Part shown: positions 57,401-64,000 of the stretch, piece by piece
Layout of the letters: every line of letters begins with the position of its first letter
Numbering within the stretch: position 1 is the first letter of the stretch
Program-made: the position numbers and the translations under genes
Notes under the pieces: model-generated
Told to the model about the DNA's origin: nothing
The model's input: only the letters and a program-made list of their open reading frames with translations
Databases searched by the model: none
Source of the DNA: the human T2T-CHM13v2.0 reference genome, Homo sapiens
Strand: one strand, 5' to 3'
NCBI RefSeq assembly: GCF_009914755.1
Contig: NC_060940.1
DNA length: 64,000 nucleotides

Positions 57401-60139
57401 AGAGCTCTTTTGAACTCCCTGCCACTCGTTCCTACCCCACAAGCCTCCCCTACCCAGTCTGGGGCCATGCAATTACTTAGTCGGTGGTGAGGACAGCCAC
57501 AGTAGGTGACTGAAATCTCAGCCATGTATTTATTGACTCTTGGCAGCTGTTCATAATGAACTCTCAGCTTCCCTAGGGGTGCTGAGTAGACTTGCCGAGA
57601 AGAAGAGGAAGGGGTGGGGAAACTGCAAGGGGATGGATATGGGGCTTGGTGTTCTGTTCTCACATCTGTCTCCCTCTATTGATGCCTGCTGCCATGATGA
57701 TGTATTAGAATTCAATAAGCTTTGCTTGTCTTTTCCTAGAAAGGGAAAGGCTGGCAGGGGGAGAGGCAGGCCCCATGCCACAATGAAGGGGGAAGCAATT
57801 CAAATGAATCATTCTATTAACTAGCAGGGGGAATCCACGGCCAGTGTGAGGCCATTGCTATGTTATTAATCCCAGTTCTTACCCAGAATGTTTAACCTTG
57901 GTGATTCTAGTGGCAGTGAGATGTAAAACCCTAAGTTTAATAAGGCAGCTGGGCATCGCAATCTCTTCAATTCCAGGAACAAGGATGGAAAGTCTTTTGC
58001 TTCCTCTGCTTGGGATGTTGACTCCAGGGTGGAAACAAAGTCTCAGGAAAATGAGGGGGACTGGCAATGTGCATATCGATCTTACCGCCCTCTTGCTCAG
58101 GAACGCCTGTAATGATAATGATCTTTGCTGATGCAGGGCTTACCTTGCACTTGACTTATGCCCTTATACAGAGGACATTCAGTTCAATCAGAATTGCTCT
58201 TCCAAAGAGAAAGCTCCCTTTGTTGGGAAATCTTTTGGTTGGTGTTGAAGCTGAAGATTATTCTTGGAAACACCTGGGTGGATTTCCAGGGTAGTTCTGG
58301 GGAGGAGGGGAGAACAGGCGGGAAAGACAGTAAGTGATAGCATGGAGATAGCAATATGGTGGAAAGCTACTTGCTTTGTGATGTGACTCCTTCCCAAGAT
58401 CCAGTGGCAAATTTCCAAGAGTTCTCAAAAATCACAAAAGGGTGGATGGGACTTGATTTCTCATAGATACTGGAGAGTAAGCAATCCTGGGTATTGGAGG
58501 GTGAAACCCAGGCAGTATGGGTAGGCTGACTTTGGTCATGTGTCCACCTCTGGACCTATCACAATGGCTGGGAGAATGTGACGCTCTGATTCACTTGGGC
58601 CTGTGGCTAGAAAAAGGGGTGACTGGCTCTGATTGGCTTGGATCTATGTCACATGCACTATGGCTGGAAAAGGAGGTGGGGCGGCCTCATGAAAGCACAT
58701 GGACTGAGAGCTGGGAAGGGTGCTTCACCCAGAGACAACAATTCTTTTTATTTATCTTTTATTTTCTTTTCTGTTTCTCTTCTGCTTCTGTGTACTGTTT
58801 CTGTCTCCTGTTTCTTCATCCACTGCTTTTAATAGTAATCACAGCTACCCAAAACAGGGGCGTATGCATCAGGCATTAATCCTCAAAATGACTCTGTGAA
58901 GAAAGGACTTACTAACTTATTTATGTATAAGCAAATTGAGACACAGAGAGGGTACACAGCATGTCCAAAGTCATGTAGTTGGTACATGGCAAGGAGGTAC
59001 CAGCAGGATTTGAAACCCAGGTTTGCGTGGCTTTCATGCCCACAGGCAGCCATGGCTGGACTATTCCTGCTTCTCCTCCCCTATGCTTGGGGAGAAGCAC
59101 ATGTAAAACTCCCCCAGGAGACAGGATCTGATTGGGTTGGCTGGAGAATTCTCCAGTCCACCATGGAGAATTCTTGAGCCAAGACTCCTCATTGGCCCCC
59201 TTAGTTGAACTTGGATGGCTGCCTGGGACCTAGACCCTGATCTCTGGTCCAGACTCTTGTGGTCAGAGGGCAGCTTACATGACCCAAAGCCAAGGAACTT
59301 GAGTGGAAGAAACTGCCTGTGGTCATTTTCTTAGGACAGTGACACAGGCTCAAGAATTCCCCAATTTGGCCCAATTCAAGGACTGGACGACTTGATGTTT
59401 TCAGACCACAGAACATTAAAGCTGGTCTGGCACCCCCATGTTAAAACTGAGACCCAAAAGAGGGAGCCTCACACAGCAAGTTTGCGACGGGAGGTCTCCG
59501 CATGTAGACTGTAGGGTTCTTTTCGCTATAAAGAACTGGCCTCCAGCCCCAGACCAGTAGAGAGAATTAGAAATGCCACCCTCAAACACTTGCCAACAAA
59601 AAGAAGGAGTTTGTTAACTTTCTCCTTTCCTACCTGGGCTCACTCTGTCCACTTTCTCGGAGTTTTTAAGAAAAGGCTGTTAAAAAAAAATCCAGTCTCA
59701 TTCTGATGTTTTATTAATGGAGACGGCTGCTGTTTCAACAATTTTAATTAGGGCTGAATGTTACTGTATTCAAACCCCAGGGAGTGTCAAGGAAAGGGAG
59801 CCACTAAGCAAATCTAAGGATCAAATGAATAGATTAATTAAATATCACCGCGTAGGCAGCTCAAGGCATGCGGACCTGCAGCCCCTCCCTCCTGCCCGAC
59901 ATGTGGATGAGAAGGGGAGAGAAGCGAGGCAGGAACTGGTGGTGGGCTCCCGTAGGCGAGTGGCTCAAGGCGTATGTGTCAGTTTCAGTGTGACACCGGC
60001 CACCAGTTTTGTTTTGTTTTCAGCCAAGGATTTGGTTTCCTTTGTTAAAGGCAAAACAAGCACGGAAATCCCCAATTGGGTCACTGCTTCCCCAACTTCC
60101 CGCTAAGACAAAAAAAGTTGCAGCTCTTATTTCTAATGG

Positions 60140-60378
60140 ATTCATTTTATTTAGCATTCACTTTATGCCAGGTTCTCTACTCAATGCTTTATGAAAATAG
60201 ACTCATATAATCATCGCAGCAACTCTACGAGATAGGTAGTAGTATATCCCCATTTTATACAGGAGGAAATTGAGGCAGAAGGGGATGAAATAATTTGCCC
60301 AAGGTTTCATGACTGCTGGGTGGCAAAACTAGAATCCAAGCCCTGGCTTCCAGTTCAGTCCGTGTTACTAACCACTGC
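60140..60378 (-). mobile_element. MIR
   Basis: CCCCATTTTATACAGGAGGAAATTGAGGC..TTGCCCAAGG..TAACCACTG. Confidence 0.8.
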
Positions 60379-60799
60379 CTTCTCTGCCTCTTGGCATTGG
60401 TCACTGACTCTTCCTCTTGTAAGTCTAGGGCTGTAAGGTCCAGGCTTGATCTGTATCCTTAAGCCTCAACCTCCAGTGGGCCCCTCATGTCATCTGGCCA
60501 GCAATTGGACCTCAGCAGGACCAGAATCATAAATCCAGATGAACTTCCTACCTTGTATGGTTAAGAGGTCAGTCTGGTTCTTGATCACCCACCATGGAAT
60601 CCAGGTTCTTTCACTTGCTAGCTGTGCGACCCTGGGCAAGTCACTTAACTTCCCTGGGCCTTAGTTTCTTTATCTGTAAAATAGAGGCAATGATAATAAT
60701 AATAAAGAATAAATGAGTTACTATATGAAAATCCTTGAAACAGTATCTGGTATGTGGAAAGCACTATTTAAGAGTTTGATTTAGAATTATTGTTATGTT

Positions 60800-61107
60800 G
60801 TTTTATTTTTTATTTATTTTTTTGAGACGGAGTTTCACTCTGTCATCGAGGCTGGAGTGCAGTGGCAATATCTTGTTTTAATGCAAACTCCATCTCCTGG
60901 GTTCAAGCGATTCTCCTGCCTCAACCTCTCGAGTAGCTGGGATTACAGGCATGCATCACCACATTCAGCTAATTTTTGTATTTTTAGTAGAGATGACGTT
61001 TCGCCATGTTGGCCAAGCTGGTCTCGAACTCCTGACTTCAAGTGATCCGCCCCCCCCTTGGCCTCCCAAAATGCTGGGATTACAGGTGTGAGCCACCACA
61101 TGCAGGC
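60800..61107 (-). mobile_element. AluS
   Basis: Reverse Alu dimer. Confidence 0.9.
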
Positions 61108-61650
61108 TATTGTTGTTATTTTTATGATATTATTATTACATTCTCCTTTCCAAAAGGCTTGAGATTCTTTCAGTCCCTGACCTGACGTTGATTTCTGTTT
61201 GCATGCCTGATTTACCCCTCAAACCTCAAGCTTGAGAGCTCAAACCTCAAGCTTCTGTCTCCAAACTTTGCCCTCTCAACTCTGTCTTGATGTAAACTTG
61301 CCCTTTTGCATCCTTGCTTCTTGGAAAGCACCTTTCCTGCTCTAGCCCAGCTCCTAACACCAAACACCTCACTGGAACCAAACACCTGTCCCCTCAGCCT
61401 CAGAATCAGCCCTGTCTGTGGCTCCAGTTGCTCTTACATGGATGAGGATCTTCTGGGTACCTAAAAGGGCTCTGTTTTTCATAATCATGAGAGTGATAAT
61501 GATAAAAATAAAGCAAGCTCCATTTCTAACACCACTGGCAATCAGTCAACCGAACAAGAAATGTTAGCTGGAAACTTTAAAGATCCAGAAGTGATGGGGA
61601 TATGCAGTTATAAGACAACCCTGCACTTCAGGATTAAAAAACACCATTTT

Positions 61651-61925
61651 GGCTGGGCACAGTGGCTCATGCCTATAATCCTAGCACTTTGGGAGGCCGA
61701 AGAGGGTGGATCACGAGGTCAAGAGATCGAGACCATCCTGGCCAACATGGTGAAACCCCGTCTCTATTAAAAATACAAAAATTAGCTGTACGTGGTGGCG
61801 TGCCTGTAGTCCCAGCTACTTGGGAGACTGAGGCAGGAGAATCACTTGAGATCGCACCACAGCACTCCAGCCTGGCGACAGAGCGAGACGCCATCTCAAA
61901 AAACAGAAACAAACAAACAAACAAA
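61651..61925 (+). mobile_element. AluSc with a right-arm internal deletion
   Basis: GAGGTCAAGAGATCGAGACC; AATCACTTGA|GATCGCACC junction lacks ~30 bp; TSD-like accatttt. Confidence 0.9.
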
Positions 61926-61929
61926 AACC

Positions 61930-62125
61930 ATTTTAACCATTTTAAAGTGTACAACTCAATGGCATTAAGTGCACTCACAATGTTTTGAAATCATCATTAC
62001 CATCTAGTTCTAGAACTTTTGGATCACTTCAGACAGAAACTCCATATAAATAAGCAGTCATTCCGACTCCCCCTTTTCTTAGCCCCCAACATCCGTTAAT
62101 AGTTGTCTGCCTCTATGGAGTTTAA
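61930..62125 (-). mobile_element. L1MB/MC 3' end fragment
   Basis: CCATTTTAAAGTGTACAACTCAATGGCATTAAGT..TCACAATGTT..TAAGCAGTCATTCC. Confidence 0.8.
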
Positions 62126-62330
62126 GAAATTTAAATCTACTTGCAGAAACCAACAAAAGTTTGCTAACAGAAAGAGGCAGTGTGTACCAAATGCAAGAGC
62201 ATAGCTTGCTGGTTAGTTTTGTGAACCCTAAAGCCAAACTGCCTGGGTTTAAATCCTGGCATTTCTGTTTATTACGGTGTGACCTTGGGCAGATTAATCT
62301 GCCTATCTGGGCCTCAGTCTCTATATATAT

Positions 62331-62876
62331 TGATATGGTTTGGCTGTGTCCTCACCCAAATCTCATCTTGAATTGTAGTTGCCATGTTCCCATAGTCCCA
62401 AATGATTAACCACTGCCTTCTCTACCTCTTGGCGCTGGTAACTGACTCCTTCCCCTTGAGAGTCCAGGGCCATAAGGTCCAGGCTTGATCTGAATCCTTC
62501 AGCCTCAACCTCCAGTAGGCCCCTCATGTCATCGGACCAGCAATTGGCCCTCAACAACGTGTGGTAGGAGGGACCCAGTGGGAAGTAATTGAATTATGAG
62601 GGCGGTTATCCCCATGTTGTTATCATAACAGTGAGTGAGTTCTCATGAGATCTGAAGATTTTATAAGGGCTTTTTCCTTTTTGGTCGGCACTTCTCCTTC
62701 CTGCCACTCTGTGAAGAAGGTGGCTTTCTTCTCCTTTGCCTTCCGCCGTGATTGTAAGTTTCCTGGGGCCTTTGAAGCCATGTGGAACTGCAAGTCAACT
62801 AAACATCTTTTTTTTTTTTAATAAATTACCCAGTCTTGAGTATTTCTTCATAGCAGTATGAGAATAGAATAAAACA
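62331..62876 (+). mobile_element. THE1D/MSTA-like solo LTR carrying a 150-bp foreign insert, nested in a MIR
   Basis: TGATATGGTTTGGCTGTGTCC...ATAAATTACCCAGTC..ACA; TSD tatat/catat. Confidence 0.88.
62407..62556 (+). repeat. Dispersed direct copy of 60369-60517
   Basis: About 18 differences in 150 bp by manual alignment. Confidence 0.92.
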
Positions 62877-64000
62877 CATATAAAATAAAAAATGAGAGTT
62901 ACAGAGTTCTATCCCTCATAGGCTAGTTGGGAAGTATGTAAAGAGCTGAGAATCACACCTGGCTGTAGTAAGTGCTATGTAAGGATTTGCTGTTGTTACA
63001 GGCATGGATAATAAGTCCTGTGGCTTGGCTTATTGTAATTTTTTAAAGGGCAAGAACCATTTCTATCATGCCTAGCTGAGAATCCCCAGCATCTAGCATG
63101 ATACCTGGCATTCAGTAGGTGCCTGGTAAATGTTTGTTGAATGACTGAATAGTAGTTTAGGAAAGATGGGAGATTACTGTGGGACACGACAGATTATTTG
63201 GGAACCCTACACTCAATGTCAAAAACATTCTGCAGCTATTTGGCAAACCTTATTAAGAACCACCTGAGAGCTGGATGTTGTGTGACCCACTACAGACAGA
63301 ATGGAAAACCAAGTCTGTCACCAACGTAGATATGATGAAAATGATTATAATTTATCAAAACACCCAATGTTTGTCGAGCACTTAACAGGTGCCTGGCACT
63401 GTGTTGAAAACCTTACATGCACTAATTCATTTAATTTTATTTACGACTCAACCTATGAGACAAAACCACTAGCACAATACAATAATAGCAATGAAAAAGC
63501 TATTTTTTAAAACAGAGCAAAATGTCAACAAGTGCAAATGAATCCTCTGACAATTAAGTCCATATGGGAGGTGGGGATGATGAGAACAGTTAGGTGAGGA
63601 CAATCATGGACTTCTGATGAAACATCTGTATTTGTGATCCGGCCAGCCTGTTAATCATCTGGATATTTGCAGCCTGAGCTGTCGGTTGCTTTCGGTTTGC
63701 ATTTTTCTTTTCTCATCCTTTAAAATTCACTTTCTACTCTGTTGTAGGACAGATCTTATCCCGCATGCTACCTTTTCTTGGCAATACAGGGGGATGGCAA
63801 AGAGAATGTTTGCAGATGCCTCAGCAAACCAGGTCCCTGGTCCCTGAGAGTAGGTGCTCTTGTCTGTGTCTTCAGGGCAGTGCTCACAGCTGGTTAATTG
63901 GATCCAGGACAGGGTTATGGAGGCAGGCGTCAAAGCACAATGACCTAAATCAAACCCAAGATTAATTAAAAAGTGTCCAAGTGGATTGAATATTTCATGA

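Overview
Primate, human-like genomic DNA with no intact protein-coding gene, RNA gene or CRISPR array. It opens with the 3' part of a processed SALL4 pseudogene (SALL4A-type, 1-~3957; the 5' part lies upstream of the window). The rest is repeat-rich non-coding sequence: about 20 Alus, L1 fragments, MaLR/ERVL/ERV1 solo LTRs, MER20/MER33/MER58 DNA transposons, many MIR/L2 relics and microsatellites. The most notable structures are: (1) a complex locally templated rearrangement at 2.4-5.8 kb in which pieces of one old L1 and nearby unique DNA were copied into two new sites; (2) two independent MER41A-type solo LTRs inserted 47 bp apart in one AluJ, each with its own TSD; (3) a young L1PA2 with a twin-priming inversion and a 20-nt 3' transduction; (4) a 150-bp copy of nearby unique DNA inside a THE1-type LTR; (5) three different retroelements inserted within ~25 nt of an old L1. 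I found no evidence of a new protein-based biological system. Repeat subfamily calls and the boundaries of old repeats were made by eye and are approximate.
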